This document shows positions 50,930-62,066 of a DNA stretch of 64,000 nt, piece after piece. Position 1 is the stretch's first letter; each line of letters begins with the position of its first letter. Location of the stretch: contig CAXMWX010000009.1 in NCBI GenBank assembly GCA_963422205.2, positions 160,001-224,000 of the forward strand, given 5' to 3'. This DNA is from Gammaproteobacteria bacterium. GTDB lineage: Bacteria > Pseudomonadota > Gammaproteobacteria > Eutrophobiales > Eutrophobiaceae. Under the pieces are notes generated by a model that was not told the origin of the DNA, searched no databases, and saw only the letters and a list, made by a program, of their open reading frames with translations. A program made the position numbers and the translations under genes.

Positions 50930-52330
50930 ATGAGCCTTAGCATTGTTATCCTCGCTGCCGGTAAAGGCAGGCGCATGCACTCCCGTCTGCCCAAGGTATT
51001 GCACCAGCTTGCCGATAAACCCCTGCTGGAACATGTCATCAATGCCGCCTCAGGGCTGCCCCATAACGCCATCTACCTGGTTTATGGGCATGGTGGTGAG
51101 CAGCTAAGGGCGTGTTTCCCTCGTGCAGAGTTGGCTTGGGCAGAGTTGGTTTGGGTTGAGCAGGCCGAGCCGCTTGGCACCGGTCATGCCGTTGCCCAGG
51201 TGATCGATCGCCTTCCTGTTACCGATGATGTGTTGATCCTGTACGGCGATATTCCGTTGATAAGCCATAGAACACTGGCGCATCTGGTTGCCGCCGTGGC
51301 TGAGACCGGCATTGCCTTATTGGTCGCCAGACTGGCTGATGCCAGCGGCTACGGGCGCATCGTGCGGGATGCGGCGGGGGAGGTCGTTGGCATCATCGAG
51401 GAGCCAGATGCCAGTGCCGAGCAACGCCGCATCACTGAGGTAAACACCGGCATGATGGTGGTCAAAGCCAAGTGGCTGCGGCGCTGGCTGGCTGCCCTGG
51501 ATAATGCCAATGCACAGGCGGAGTATTACCTGACGGATGTTGTTGCGGCGGCGGTGGCCGAGAAAATCCTGATCACCACGGTGATGGCCGAAGATGAACA
51601 GGAGATAAAAGGCGTCAATGACAGGGCGCAATTAGCCGAGTTGGAGCGCCATTATCAACTGCGCCAAGCGCAGACGTTAATGCGACAGGGCGTCAGTCTG
51701 CGCGATCCGGCGCGCTTTGATTGCCGCGGCAGCTTGACCACTGGCAGTGATGTGATGATCGATATCAATGCCGTGTTTAGCGGTGAGGTTATCCTGGGCA
51801 GCCATGTGACCATTGAGCCAGGTTGCCAGATAAGCCATTCCACGATTGGCGATCACGTCACCATCAAGGCCAATACCCTGATTGAGGATGCGGTCATTGG
51901 CGATCACTGTACTGTCGGCCCGTTTGCCCGTATCCGACCACAAACGGTGCTGGCCGAACATGTCCGAGTCGGTAATTTTGTCGAGATTAAAAAATCCACC
52001 ATACAACGCAATACCCGGATTAACCACCTGTCCTATGTCGGCGATAGTGAGGTGGGCGAGGCTGTCAATATCGGTGCCGGGACGATTACCTGTAACTATG
52101 ACGGGCTCAACAAGCATAAAACCGTGATCGGCAAGCATGTATTTATCGGCTCCAATGCTGCGCTGATCGCACCGCTTGTCATCGGTGATCATGCCACGGT
52201 GGCTGCTGGCACCACGGTGACCGAAGATGTCAAGCCAAACAGTTTGGCGTTGAACCGGCTGGAGAGAAAAGTCGTGGAAGACTGGCGGCGGCCCGAGGGA
52301 AGAGAACAAGGCGAGAGTGAGAACAACTAG
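50930..52330 (+). CDS. glmU: Bifunctional UDP-GlcNAc pyrophosphorylase/acetyltransferase
   Basis: LAAGKGRRM, PKVLH, LGTGHA, hexapeptide repeats, GNFVEIK, HLSYVGD. Confidence 0.98.
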   Translation: MSLSIVILAAGKGRRMHSRLPKVLHQLADKPLLEHVINAASGLPHNAIYLVYGHGGEQLRACFPRAELAWAELVWVEQAEPLGTGHAVAQVIDRLPVTDDVLILYGDIPLISHRTLAHLVAAVAETGIALLVARLADASGYGRIVRDAAGEVVGIIEEPDASAEQRRITEVNTGMMVVKAKWLRRWLAALDNANAQAEYYLTDVVAAAVAEKILITTVMAEDEQEIKGVNDRAQLAELERHYQLRQAQTLMRQGVSLRDPARFDCRGSLTTGSDVMIDINAVFSGEVILGSHVTIEPGCQISHSTIGDHVTIKANTLIEDAVIGDHCTVGPFARIRPQTVLAEHVRVGNFVEIKKSTIQRNTRINHLSYVGDSEVGEAVNIGAGTITCNYDGLNKHKTVIGKHVFIGSNAALIAPLVIGDHATVAAGTTVTEDVKPNSLALNRLERKVVEDWRRPEGREQGESENN

Positions 52331-52810
52331 ATGACGCCTACCACCGCCGATTTATATGATGAGCACGAAGGCAAGGTGCAGGTGTTGTCGGTCTTGTTGC
52401 AGACCTATGGCAAAAAGCCCTGTTTCAGCGGTGCGGTGGCCACAGTCAAATGCCACGAAGACAACACGCAGGTCAAGGCCGCATTGGAAACCCCGGGCCT
52501 CGGCCGAGTCCTGGTGGTTGATGGCGGCGCCTCAATCCGCTGTGCCCTGATGGGGGATAAGCTGGCACGGATGGCCGTACAGCATGGTTGGCAGGGCATC
52601 ATCGTCAACGGCTGCATTCGGGATTCTGTGCTTGTCAACACCATCGATATCGGCATTAAGGCATTAGGCACCAATCCCAAAAAGAGCGTAAAAAAAGGGG
52701 CGGGCGATAAGGACATTCCGGTGCGGTTCGGTGATGTGGTTTTCACGCCGGGCGCCTGGTTGTATGCCGATGCAGACGGCGTTTTACTGTGCAATGAAAG
52801 ACTGTGCTAG
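52331..52810 (+). CDS. rraA: RraA-family protein (HMG aldolase-like)
   Basis: TADLYD, KCHEDN, VLVVDGG, GCIRD, YADADG. Confidence 0.93.
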   Translation: MTPTTADLYDEHEGKVQVLSVLLQTYGKKPCFSGAVATVKCHEDNTQVKAALETPGLGRVLVVDGGASIRCALMGDKLARMAVQHGWQGIIVNGCIRDSVLVNTIDIGIKALGTNPKKSVKKGAGDKDIPVRFGDVVFTPGAWLYADADGVLLCNERLC

Positions 52811-52901
52811 TTTGTCACTTTTCTTATAATCAGCGTGCTAACATCCTTTGTCATTGAGTTGAGCCAAATGAGTCTTGTCGCCATCCGCCGCTATTGATGC
52901 C

Positions 52902-53288
52902 ATGTCAGCACCCGTTGTCTCTGAGCAGACCATTGAGCATCTCGTGCGCCACTTCTACGCCCGAATTCGCATGGACGATGAACTCGGCCCGATATTTGCG
53001 GAGGTGATCCCCGATGGTGACTGGGAGCCACACCTGCAAACCATGATGGCGTTCTGGTCTTCGCTCATGTTGCGGACAAATCGTTACCGGGGCAATCCGC
53101 TGGTCAAGCATCAGGCCCTGGCCGCTGTCCGGCCAGCCCACTTCGACCGCTGGCTTTTGCTGTTTGAAGAGAGCGCCTCTGCCGTCTTCCCACCGGATAC
53201 CGCGGCGATGTTCGTTGACCGCGCCCAACGGGTTGCCGACAGCCTGAAGCTCGCCATGTTCGGTGTGCCGGGTCTGCGCCCCGAATGA
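52902..53288 (+). CDS. Group III truncated hemoglobin
   Basis: LVRHFYARIRMDDELGPIF, WEPHL, FWSS, YRGNPLVKH, HFDRWL. Confidence 0.9.
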   Translation: MSAPVVSEQTIEHLVRHFYARIRMDDELGPIFAEVIPDGDWEPHLQTMMAFWSSLMLRTNRYRGNPLVKHQALAAVRPAHFDRWLLLFEESASAVFPPDTAAMFVDRAQRVADSLKLAMFGVPGLRPE

Positions 53289-53557
53289 AACATCTGCCAA
53301 GCGGCGTGACGGCATACCGCCGGACGCCGTCTTTTGATGAGACCTCGATTCCCGATGCGCTCACCAAGGACCACCAGACGAAGCCGGGGGTCTGGGCGGT
53401 GATCACCGTTGAGTCTGGCGAGCTTCGCTACGACATCACGGAATCGGGCGAGAGCCACGTGCTCTGCCCGGGCACCCCTGGAGTGATTGAACCTGCCGTG
53501 CTGCATCGAGTGATGCCGCTGGGCAAAACCACGTTCTTCGTGGAGTTCTACCGCTGA
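53285..53557 (+). CDS. DUF1971-family cupin-like protein (TehB N-terminal-like)
   Basis: YRRTPSFDETSIP, HQTKPGVWA, GELRY, HRV, FFVEFYR; ATGA overlap with the globin gene. Confidence 0.85.
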   Translation: MKHLPSGVTAYRRTPSFDETSIPDALTKDHQTKPGVWAVITVESGELRYDITESGESHVLCPGTPGVIEPAVLHRVMPLGKTTFFVEFYR

Positions 53558-53686
53558 GCGATAAGGTTGTTCCTAAGCCAATGTCAGTGTGGTCTCGTTG
53601 ATAATATTAAAAGGGGCATCCTGCATGATTGGCAGTTGAGATATTTTATCCGTCATGCTGATCTCAACTTGTTAAAATAGCCGCAA

Positions 53687-54418
53687 ATGGCCATCGATTA
53701 CTCCATCATCATCCCGGCTTATAATGAGCAGCCGTATCTGCCTGCAACGCTGGCCGCTATTGCCACCGCCAGGGCAACGATCACGCTGCAAGGCGAGGTC
53801 ATCGTTGTTGATAATAATTCGCATGATGATACTGCCCGGATTGCCAGGGCGGCGGGCGCTGAGGTGGTATTTGAACCAATCAATCAGATCTCCCGGGCAA
53901 GAAATGCCGGCGCACATCGGGCGAAAGGCAGGTATCTGATTTTCATTGATGCAGATACGCTGGTCAGCGCCGAGCTTATGCAAACAGCGCTGGATAATCT
54001 TGTGCAGAGAGAATGTGTCGGTGGCGGGGCTGTTGTGGCAGCGGACAAGCCCATGCCGCCTGCCATGAGGTGTCTATTGGCCGCCTGGAACTGGGCCGGC
54101 AAAACCTGCAAACTCGCCGCCGGTTGTTTCATCTATTGTCGGGCGGATGCCTTTCATGCCGTCAATGGGTTTAGTGAGCATGTCTATGCCAGTGAGGAGT
54201 TGTGGTTTTCCCGGGCGATCAAGCGCTGGGGCCGAGAACAGGCGATGGCTTTTATCATGTTGACAAACAACCCGGTGGTATCTTCAACACGAAAAGTCGA
54301 CTGGTATTCAAGCTGGAAGATCATGGGGTGGTTTGTGTTGCTTATCCTGCTGCCCGTTGCAGTACGCTTCCGATGCCTTTGCTCGCCCTGGTATGAGCGC
54401 CCTGTCATTGATGAGTAA
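53687..54418 (+). CDS. Glycosyltransferase family 2
   Basis: SIIIPAYNE, VVDNNSHD, ARNAGA, FIDAD. Confidence 0.9.
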   Translation: MAIDYSIIIPAYNEQPYLPATLAAIATARATITLQGEVIVVDNNSHDDTARIARAAGAEVVFEPINQISRARNAGAHRAKGRYLIFIDADTLVSAELMQTALDNLVQRECVGGGAVVAADKPMPPAMRCLLAAWNWAGKTCKLAAGCFIYCRADAFHAVNGFSEHVYASEELWFSRAIKRWGREQAMAFIMLTNNPVVSSTRKVDWYSSWKIMGWFVLLILLPVAVRFRCLCSPWYERPVIDE

Positions 54419-54488
54419 CATATGCAATATTCGGCTCGCCAATCATCCGCGCTAAAGCTAATATAGGGCGTATTTTCACCGACTGCCA

Positions 54489-55160
54489 TTGATGAGATTC
54501 CATACCATGAATTTCCATAAAATCGCTAAGGCCATCGGCTGCATGCAGCAGCAATACAGTCGCCTTCGGGACTGGCTGCCATTGCCGCCCATGTGTGATC
54601 ATGCTGTTACGATCGAGTCGATGACGCCGGAGACATACCGGCGTGACGGCCAAAACCTGCATATAGCCTATGGCATTCATGACACGCTGTTTGGCAAGGT
54701 ATTGCTCGCCCAGACCGGCAAAAAAATCTGCTGGCTGTCATTTTTGGATTCGCCGGATAAAGGCAAGGCGCCGGATGAGTTGCACCAATGGTGGTCGCTG
54801 TCAGAACGTGTTGCCGATCACACTGCAACGGCAAACACGGTGAAGAGAATTTTCTCCCATCAACCGAAAAAGTTTACCTTACTGGTGCAAGGCAAAGATT
54901 CGCAGATCAGGGTCTGGAATGCGCTGATTAAAATTCCCCACGGCCAGACGACAACCTACGGAGATGTTGCCAAATCCATAGGCCAGCCTGGCAGCGCTCA
55001 GGCGGTTGGTGGCGCCCTCTCTGGAAACAACATCGCTTGCCTCATCCCCTGCCATCGGGTGATAAAAAGCACGGGCGAGCCTGGCGGTTATCGCTGGGGG
55101 CTGGATAGAAAGCTGGCCCTGTTGGCCGCCGAGGCACTACAGCCGGCCGGCACGTCATGA
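54489..55160 (+). CDS. Methylated-DNA--protein-cysteine methyltransferase (Ada-like, N-terminal HTH apparently deleted)
   Basis: QIRVWNALIKIPHG, TYGDVA, AVGGA, active site IPCHRV, GGYRWG. Confidence 0.88.
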   Translation: MMRFHTMNFHKIAKAIGCMQQQYSRLRDWLPLPPMCDHAVTIESMTPETYRRDGQNLHIAYGIHDTLFGKVLLAQTGKKICWLSFLDSPDKGKAPDELHQWWSLSERVADHTATANTVKRIFSHQPKKFTLLVQGKDSQIRVWNALIKIPHGQTTTYGDVAKSIGQPGSAQAVGGALSGNNIACLIPCHRVIKSTGEPGGYRWGLDRKLALLAAEALQPAGTS

Positions 55161-56338
55161 TCAAAAAATCGATCCAGGAATTTTTACGTCTGGAATCGGC
55201 CAGCGGCATTTTACTGATCATTGCGGCAATCCTGGCCATGTTGGCGGAGAACTCGCCCGCCAAGCCGCTGTACGATGCGTTGTTATCCACTCCGGTCGAA
55301 ATACGCTTGGGCGCATTACACATCGCCAAACCCCTGTTGCTCTGGGTCAATGATGGTTTGATGGCCGTGTTCTTCTTTCTGGTCGGGCTGGAGTTGAAAC
55401 GGGAAATGCTGCAAGGCGAGCTTTCCAACCGTGAACAGATCATCTTGCCGGCGGTGGGTGCTTTTGCCGGCATGGTATGCCCGGCACTGATCTATATGTA
55501 TTTTAATTTTTCTGATCCGGTTGCCATGCGAGGGTGGGCGATCCCCTCGGCAACCGACATTGCCTTTGCCCTGGGCGTGTTGTCTTTGCTGGGCGATCGT
55601 GTGCCAACGCCGTTAAAATTATTTCTACTTACCCTGGCAATCATTGACGATTTGGGAGCGATCATCATCATCGCCCTTTTCTATACCAGTAACTTATCGC
55701 TTGCTTCATTGTTGTTCGCCCTTGCCTGCCTTGCCGTCTTATTTATATTGAACAAGCGCAGGGTCTACGCATTAACGCCTTACATCGTTGTCGGCATGAT
55801 ACTCTGGATATCGGTATTAAAATCCGGCGTACATGCCACGCTGGCGGGCGTGATCCTGGCCTTTTTTATTCCATTGAAAACCGGCGATGAGAATTTCTCA
55901 CCGTTGAAGAATCTGGAACATGATCTGCACCCGACCGTGGCTTTTTTTATCCTGCCGGTATTTGCCTTTGCCAACACCGGCGTCAGCCTGTCCGGTTTGG
56001 GCATGGAATCCATCCTCTCGCCCGTGCCTATGGGGATCGCCGCCGGTCTGTTTTTAGGCAACCAGATTGGCATCTTTGTTCTATGCTGGCTGACGGTGAA
56101 GCTGGGTTTTGCCCGGCTGCCCGACTCCGTCAACTGGGCACAATTATACGGCACCGGCGTGTTATGCGGCATTGGTTTTACCATGAGCCTGTTTATCAGC
56201 TCGCTGGCATTTGAAGCCGGGGCGATCGACTATGCCGTTGATGATCGGCTGGGTATCTTGCTGGGGTCAATACTCTCCGCCATCACGGGATGGTATATCC
56301 TGCACAGGAGTCTGCCGAAAGCCGCTGTCAATGACTGA
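55157..56338 (+). CDS. nhaA: Na+/H+ antiporter NhaA
   Basis: WVNDGLMA, ATDIAF, AIIDDLGA, KSGVHAT, GIGFTMS. Confidence 0.97.
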   Translation: MIKKSIQEFLRLESASGILLIIAAILAMLAENSPAKPLYDALLSTPVEIRLGALHIAKPLLLWVNDGLMAVFFFLVGLELKREMLQGELSNREQIILPAVGAFAGMVCPALIYMYFNFSDPVAMRGWAIPSATDIAFALGVLSLLGDRVPTPLKLFLLTLAIIDDLGAIIIIALFYTSNLSLASLLFALACLAVLFILNKRRVYALTPYIVVGMILWISVLKSGVHATLAGVILAFFIPLKTGDENFSPLKNLEHDLHPTVAFFILPVFAFANTGVSLSGLGMESILSPVPMGIAAGLFLGNQIGIFVLCWLTVKLGFARLPDSVNWAQLYGTGVLCGIGFTMSLFISSLAFEAGAIDYAVDDRLGILLGSILSAITGWYILHRSLPKAAVND

Positions 56339-57074
56339 GCAAGCCGGCCTGCGTTTTGTGTTGGTGCATGGGGCGATGCACGATGGTTCCTGCTGGCAGC
56401 AGGTCATGGCACACTTAAACCGCCTGGGTCATGCGTGTTATGCCCCGACCATGGCCGGCCACGGTGAGCAGGCGGGCGAATACATCAGCAAAGAGGATTG
56501 CGTGCAGTCTCTGGTTGAATATATCGAACAGCATGACATTCATGATTTTGTTATCGTCGGGCACAGTTTTGCTGGCATCATACTGCCTGATGTCAGCGTC
56601 AGGCTGGCGGATCGCATCCGGTGCGTTGTCTTTCAAAATGCCATGATCATGCAGCATGGTGAATGTATCTATGATGTCTTGCCGCCGGTACACCAGCGGA
56701 TGTTTGATGCTGTGATCAGAAAAGCAGGCGAGCACGGCAGGTGGCTGTTGCCTTTTAACCTCTTCCGTGAATGCTTCATCAATACGGCAGACCTGGCGAC
56801 TGCAAAAATGGTTTATGCAAAGCTGCGAGCCGTCTGCATAAAACCGCAGTTGGAGGAGATCGCGATGCGGGAATTTCTCCGCTTGACCATCCCCAGAAGT
56901 TTTATCAATTTTACCGACGATAAGGCCCTGCCACCGGGTGCGTATGGCTGGTATCCACGTATGGCACAACGCCTGGGTGTCTATCGTCTGGTACAACGGC
57001 CGGGCGATCATGAAGCCTGCTATACCTGCCCTGAGATCCTGGCCGAGGCCCTGGTGGAAGCCGCCCGTCCTTAA
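56331..57074 (+). CDS. Alpha/beta-hydrolase (esterase-like)
   Basis: VLVHGAMH, nucleophile motif GHSFAG, C-terminal GDHE. Confidence 0.88.
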   Translation: MTEQAGLRFVLVHGAMHDGSCWQQVMAHLNRLGHACYAPTMAGHGEQAGEYISKEDCVQSLVEYIEQHDIHDFVIVGHSFAGIILPDVSVRLADRIRCVVFQNAMIMQHGECIYDVLPPVHQRMFDAVIRKAGEHGRWLLPFNLFRECFINTADLATAKMVYAKLRAVCIKPQLEEIAMREFLRLTIPRSFINFTDDKALPPGAYGWYPRMAQRLGVYRLVQRPGDHEACYTCPEILAEALVEAARP

Positions 57075-57160
57075 AACAGATCGGGGATATCGTCATCTCG
57101 CATAGACATGATTGCCTGGGACAGTATCCTTAGGGCCGGTTAATCACGATGGGAGATCGC

Positions 57161-58612
57161 TTATTGCTTGACCCATAAATCCACAAACTCATTGACCGGC
57201 ATGGCTTCAAGCCTGGCCTGGTCTTCACAGGCGGCCAGTATGTCGGCCTGTTGTGCAGCATCAAAGCGGGTGCCGACTGCCCGTTTGAATTTATCGAGCA
57301 GCAGCGGGATCCCCTCCTCACGCCGCCGCCGATGGCCGATGGGATATTCCACAGTCACCTTATCTGTGCTGCTGCCATCTTGAAAGAACACCTGCACGGC
57401 ATTGCCGATCGCACGTTTATCCGCTGCCATATAATTCATGCTGAATTGTTGACTCTCCAGCACCTCCATTTTCTCACGCAAGGCATCGATGCGCGGATCA
57501 TGTGCAACCTCATCCTCATAGTCATCCGCTGTCAGGCGACCAAAGATCAACGGAACGGCGGTCATGTATTGAATGCAGTGATCACGATCGGCCGGGTTGG
57601 CCAGCGGCCCGGTTTTATCGATGATCCTGATCGCTGCCTCCTGTGTCTCGATGGTGATCCTGGCAATATCGTCCAGCCGGTCTTTGACTTTTGAATGCAG
57701 GCCGAGGGCCGCTTCCACCGCAGTTTGTGCATGGAACTCTGCCGGGAAGGCAATCTTGAACAAGACGTTTTCCATGACGTAGGAGGCAAACGGCCTTTCG
57801 GCCAGCACGTGATTACCATTGAACAGGACATCCTGAAACCCCCAGTGCTCGGCTGATAATGCCGAGGGGTAGCCCATCTCTCCTGTCAGGGCGATGAGCG
57901 CATGACGTACCGCACGGGAGGTGGCATCGCCCGCCGCCCAGCTTTTCCGTGAGCCGGTGTTGGGCGCATGTCGGTAGGTACGCAAAGCCGCCCCGTCAAT
58001 CCATGCATTGGATACTGCGTTGATGATCTGTTCACGACTGCCGCCCAGCATACGCATGACGACCGCCGTGCTGGCGATGCGTACCAGCAGCACGTGATCC
58101 AGGCCGACCCCATTGAAACTGTTTTGCAATGCCAGCACGCCCTGGATTTCATGCGCTTGAATCATGGCAGTGAGTACATCGGCGATCACCATCGGATCAT
58201 TACCCGCACGCACATTTTTCAGGCTCAGGTAATCCGCAACGGCCAGAATACCGCCCAGATTATCTGAAGGATGTCCCCATTCAGCCGCCAGCCAGGTGTC
58301 GTTAAAGTCCAGCCAGCGCACCATCGCACCGATGTTAAATGCTGCCATGACAGGCTCCAGTTGATAAGGGAGCCCGGGCACTCTGGCGCCACCGTGCATC
58401 TCTGCCCCGGGCACCGATGGCCCCAGCAGCCGGGTGCAGGCGGGGTAATTCAGCGCCAGCATGGCACAGCCCAGCGTGTCAAGCAGGCAATGAAAAGCCG
58501 TGGCGCGCGCCAGTTCGCCATCGGCCTTGAAGTCGATCACATAATCGGCGATGTCCTGGAGCAGCTGATCGGGGGCAGGTCGTCTGGCATCTCGGATACC
58601 CCGGTTGGTCAT
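57161..58612 (-). CDS. prpD: 2-methylcitrate dehydratase
   Basis: [37 protein letters not shown]; AAGGAG RBS. Confidence 0.97.
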   Translation of the reverse strand: MTNRGIRDARRPAPDQLLQDIADYVIDFKADGELARATAFHCLLDTLGCAMLALNYPACTRLLGPSVPGAEMHGGARVPGLPYQLEPVMAAFNIGAMVRWLDFNDTWLAAEWGHPSDNLGGILAVADYLSLKNVRAGNDPMVIADVLTAMIQAHEIQGVLALQNSFNGVGLDHVLLVRIASTAVVMRMLGGSREQIINAVSNAWIDGAALRTYRHAPNTGSRKSWAAGDATSRAVRHALIALTGEMGYPSALSAEHWGFQDVLFNGNHVLAERPFASYVMENVLFKIAFPAEFHAQTAVEAALGLHSKVKDRLDDIARITIETQEAAIRIIDKTGPLANPADRDHCIQYMTAVPLIFGRLTADDYEDEVAHDPRIDALREKMEVLESQQFSMNYMAADKRAIGNAVQVFFQDGSSTDKVTVEYPIGHRRRREEGIPLLLDKFKRAVGTRFDAAQQADILAACEDQARLEAMPVNEFVDLWVKQ

Positions 58613-59207
58613 TGTATTATCTCCTTTTGTTCAGTGGTTGGTAGATCGTATGTGCAACCAGCGGCTGGATGGTCAAGCTGAATGCAGGTAATAAATTCCG
58701 TAACCCGTGCCCGTATGGCTGCATTAACAGCAGGTACTTTGTTACGTATTGAGCGTAGACTTTTTGTTTTCACCAGTTTGCTTTCCAACAAGGCTTTGCA
58801 AAACGCCATAGCCTTATGGCCTGCCTGCTGTGGCCTTGGAAATCCAGAGATCATGCCGTTCCAGACAATAAGCGGTAACGCCGTTAGTGCCGGGTGTTTT
58901 GTATGGCACCAGCCTGTTTTTCCATCCGGTCGGAAGCATTGCCGTTTTGACAGTCACGCCTTGTGCATACATAGCCAAACGTTTCCTGAAACAGGGAAAA
59001 CTCACCAATAGAGCCATCGAGCAGATCTGCCATGCTGCCGTTCTTATCCTGAAAACTGGCAATATCTGTCTCGATAGAACGTTCAGCTTTGGGGATGGTG
59101 TGTTTAACCGATGCGTGCATTGCCTGACTGCCGATGATGAGCACCTTATGCTCATCAAGAATAGCACCTGCGGCGCACACCGTGTGTTCACATTGTTTTC
59201 CGTTCAT
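58613..59207 (-). pseudogene. Frameshifted DUF6036-like putative nucleotidyltransferase (toxin-like)
   Basis: IIGSQA...SIETDI...DGSIGEFSLFQETFGY / YAQGVT...LPTGWKNRL...CLERHDLWISKATAGR / FCKALL in three frames. Confidence 0.7.
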
Positions 59208-59707
59208 GGTTTGTAGTCCGTTTGAAATTGGCGCAATATCCGTATTCTGTCTGCCGGACTTAAAGGCCCTGAAAAAGGCGAAGCCTGGCGCATTTCCCGT
59301 GCTTCCAATTCAAAATCAAGCATCTTTGCAATCAATTCGTCAGTGTTTAACTCCAGCCATTTCTCCCAACGCCTGAAAAGGGACCTGGCACCTCGATGAG
59401 TCTGGGACAGCTTGCTTAGGTTACACCGGGCGTGGTTAATAACTGTTGCCGGGTCTTTACGAAGAAGCTCCGCAATCGCCCGATGATACGCCAGGCTTCT
59501 CTCATCTTCCCGGGTGAATGCCGGGATATAGGTTACGATCAGGTTCAACCCTGTCGCTTGCGCTAAGTTTTCAATGGTGCGTAACGTGGGTGATTTTTTT
59601 CCAGACTCATAAGCAGCGATTGTTGGCTGCGAAGTTCCGGCCAGAGCCGCCAGCTCCTGCTGGGTTACGCCCGCTGTTTCTCTGAGTAAACGTATGAGGT
59701 TCATCAT
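59204..59707 (-). CDS. XRE-type HTH protein (antitoxin-like)
   Basis: TQQELAALAGTSQPTIAAYESG, C-terminal RQASPF; 4-nt overlap with the downstream pseudogene. Confidence 0.85.
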   Translation of the reverse strand: MMNLIRLLRETAGVTQQELAALAGTSQPTIAAYESGKKSPTLRTIENLAQATGLNLIVTYIPAFTREDERSLAYHRAIAELLRKDPATVINHARCNLSKLSQTHRGARSLFRRWEKWLELNTDELIAKMLDFELEAREMRQASPFSGPLSPADRIRILRQFQTDYKP

Positions 59708-59981
59708 AACGTATTATACCCCATCAGATATAATAACAAATTCGCAACCAAACCCATTGAGAGATTGAAAAATTTCTTTGTCCATCTCATCGTAAACAAT
59801 GATAAAAGAAGTTTTTACCGATGCTGATAATTCTGGAGTAAAGCTGCCCTATCTATTGCTCTCGGCTGCTTTGAGGATAACCAAAAGGATTAAAAATTGC
59901 TCCATTTGGACAGGGCAATTTTACCGCCTTTGATATTCATTAAACATACAAATGCCAGGCCGATAAATTTCAGCAAATACT

Positions 59982-61130
59982 TTATCGATCCTGTATTGGC
60001 GTGAATGTTTGCTCATCCGGGCCAGTGTAGTTGGCGCTGGGACGGATGATCTTGCCGTCTTGGCGCTGTTCAATCACATGTGCTGCCCAGCCACAGACCC
60101 GTGACATCACGAATATCGGGGTAAAGAGCGCCATGGGTATGCCCATCATGCTGTATGAGACGGCTGAGAACCAGTCCAGGTTAGGGAACATTTGCTTTAA
60201 CTCCCACATAACGCGCTCAATGCGCTCGGCGACATCGTATAACAGCATGTCGTTGTTTTGTTCTGATAATTGCTGTGCTACTTTTTTTATCACCTCATTG
60301 CGGGGATCGGCAATGGTATAGACCGGATGACCAAACCCGATCACGATCTCCTTCTGTGCCATGCGTTGTTTGATATCGGCCTCGGCCTCATCTGCCGAGC
60401 GATAGCGTTGCTGGACGGCCAGCGCCATTTCATTCGCCCCGCCATGTTTGGGGCCGCGCAGGGCGCCGATCGCCCCTGTCACGGCGGAATACATGTCGGC
60501 GCCCGTGCCAGCGATCACCCGGCCGGTAAATGTTGAGGCATTGAATTCATGCTCGGCATACAGGATCAGCGAAGTGTGCATTGCCCTGATCCATGATTCT
60601 TGCGGCACCTCGCCATGCAGCAGGTGCAGAAAATGACCGCCGATAGAATCATCCTCGGTCTGCTCATCAATGCGCGTGTTGCCGTGGCTGTAGTGATACC
60701 AGTACACCAGCATGGCGCCGAAGCTGGCGAGTAGACGATCGGCGATATTCCGAGCCTGGGCGGCGGATTGTTCGGCTGACTCCGGCAGGATCGTACCGAG
60801 AATGGAGCAGCCGCTGCGTAATACATCCATCGGGTGGGCGCTTGCTGGGATGACCTCCAGGGCGGTCTTGACCTGCTGTGGCAGGCGACGCAGCTCTTTC
60901 AGCCTGGCTTTATAGGCGTCCAACTCTGCCTGGGTTGGCAGCTTTTCATGCACCAGCAGATGGGCAATCTCTTCAAACTCACAAGCCTCTGCAAGGTCCA
61001 GAATATTATACCCCCGATAGGCGAGATCATTGCCCGTTTTGCCCACCGTACACAAGGCGGTGTTGCCTGCCGGCACCCCGGACAGGGCAACCGATTTCTT
61101 TGGCTTGAAACCCTTGTTATGCTCGCTCAT
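59982..61130 (-). CDS. prpC: 2-methylcitrate synthase
   Basis: [41 protein letters not shown]. Confidence 0.97.
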   Translation of the reverse strand: MSEHNKGFKPKKSVALSGVPAGNTALCTVGKTGNDLAYRGYNILDLAEACEFEEIAHLLVHEKLPTQAELDAYKARLKELRRLPQQVKTALEVIPASAHPMDVLRSGCSILGTILPESAEQSAAQARNIADRLLASFGAMLVYWYHYSHGNTRIDEQTEDDSIGGHFLHLLHGEVPQESWIRAMHTSLILYAEHEFNASTFTGRVIAGTGADMYSAVTGAIGALRGPKHGGANEMALAVQQRYRSADEAEADIKQRMAQKEIVIGFGHPVYTIADPRNEVIKKVAQQLSEQNNDMLLYDVAERIERVMWELKQMFPNLDWFSAVSYSMMGIPMALFTPIFVMSRVCGWAAHVIEQRQDGKIIRPSANYTGPDEQTFTPIQDR

Positions 61131-61145
61131 CAGTTATTCCCCTAA

Positions 61146-62066
61146 TTAATCGTTTTTTGGGTAATCATTTTGTTGGGTGATGGTTTCGGGCGATGGTCTG
61201 GCAAACAGCGCATCCAGTTTTTGTTCATAGTCGTGATAGCCGAGTATGTCATACATCTCTTCCCGGGTTTGCATCATGGCAATGACATCACGCTGGTGTC
61301 CCTGTTTCAGCACGGTTTCATAAAATACCATGGCGCCCTTGTTCATTGCACGGTAAGCACCACAACAATACAGCACGATATCCACGCCTGCCCCGGCCAG
61401 TTCCTGACTGGAAAATAAAGGCGTTTTACCAAACTCGGTGATGTTGGCCAGCAATGGTACGGACAGGGCGGCGCGCAACTGCCGATATTGCGCCAGCGAA
61501 TCCAGCGCCTCCGGGAAGATCATATCCGCACCGGCCTCAATACAGACCGCCGCCCGTTCAATGGCAGATTCCATGCCTTCCACCGCCAGGGCATCCGTGC
61601 GCGCCATGATCACGAACTCTGCATCCGTGCGGGCATCCACGGCGGCTTTGATCCGGTCTGCCATCTCATCCTGGGAGACGATCGCCTTGTTTGGCCGGTG
61701 TCCACAGCGCTTTGTGGCGATCTGATCTTCAATGTGCATGGCCGCTGCCCCCGCTTTGATAAGGCTGCGGGTGGTACGGGCGATATTAAACGCCCCGCCG
61801 AAACCGGTATCCACGTCGACCAGCAGGGGCAGCTCACACACATCGGTAATACGGCGAATATCAATCAGCAGATCCTCCAGCGCACTGATCCCCAGATCAG
61901 GCAGCCCTAAGGAATTGGCCGCCAGGCCGCCGCCGGAGAGGTAGATGGCCTTGTGACCCGCCCGCTCGGCCATCCTTGCCGCCAGCGCTGTGATGGTGCC
62001 GACCACCTGCAAGGGTTGGTTTTCCTTAACCGCCAGACGAAAACGCTGACCGGCAGAATCGGTCAT
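61146..62066 (-). CDS. prpB: Methylisocitrate lyase
   Basis: YLSGGG, DVDTGFG, KRCGHRP, ANITEFG. Confidence 0.97.
   Translation of the reverse strand: MTDSAGQRFRLAVKENQPLQVVGTITALAARMAERAGHKAIYLSGGGLAANSLGLPDLGISALEDLLIDIRRITDVCELPLLVDVDTGFGGAFNIARTTRSLIKAGAAAMHIEDQIATKRCGHRPNKAIVSQDEMADRIKAAVDARTDAEFVIMARTDALAVEGMESAIERAAVCIEAGADMIFPEALDSLAQYRQLRAALSVPLLANITEFGKTPLFSSQELAGAGVDIVLYCCGAYRAMNKGAMVFYETVLKQGHQRDVIAMMQTREEMYDILGYHDYEQKLDALFARPSPETITQQNDYPKND

Noticed and set aside
51125-51154. 15-bp imperfect tandem duplication in glmU (AELAW/AELVW)
   Set aside because: In frame and outside the catalytic motifs; probably neutral
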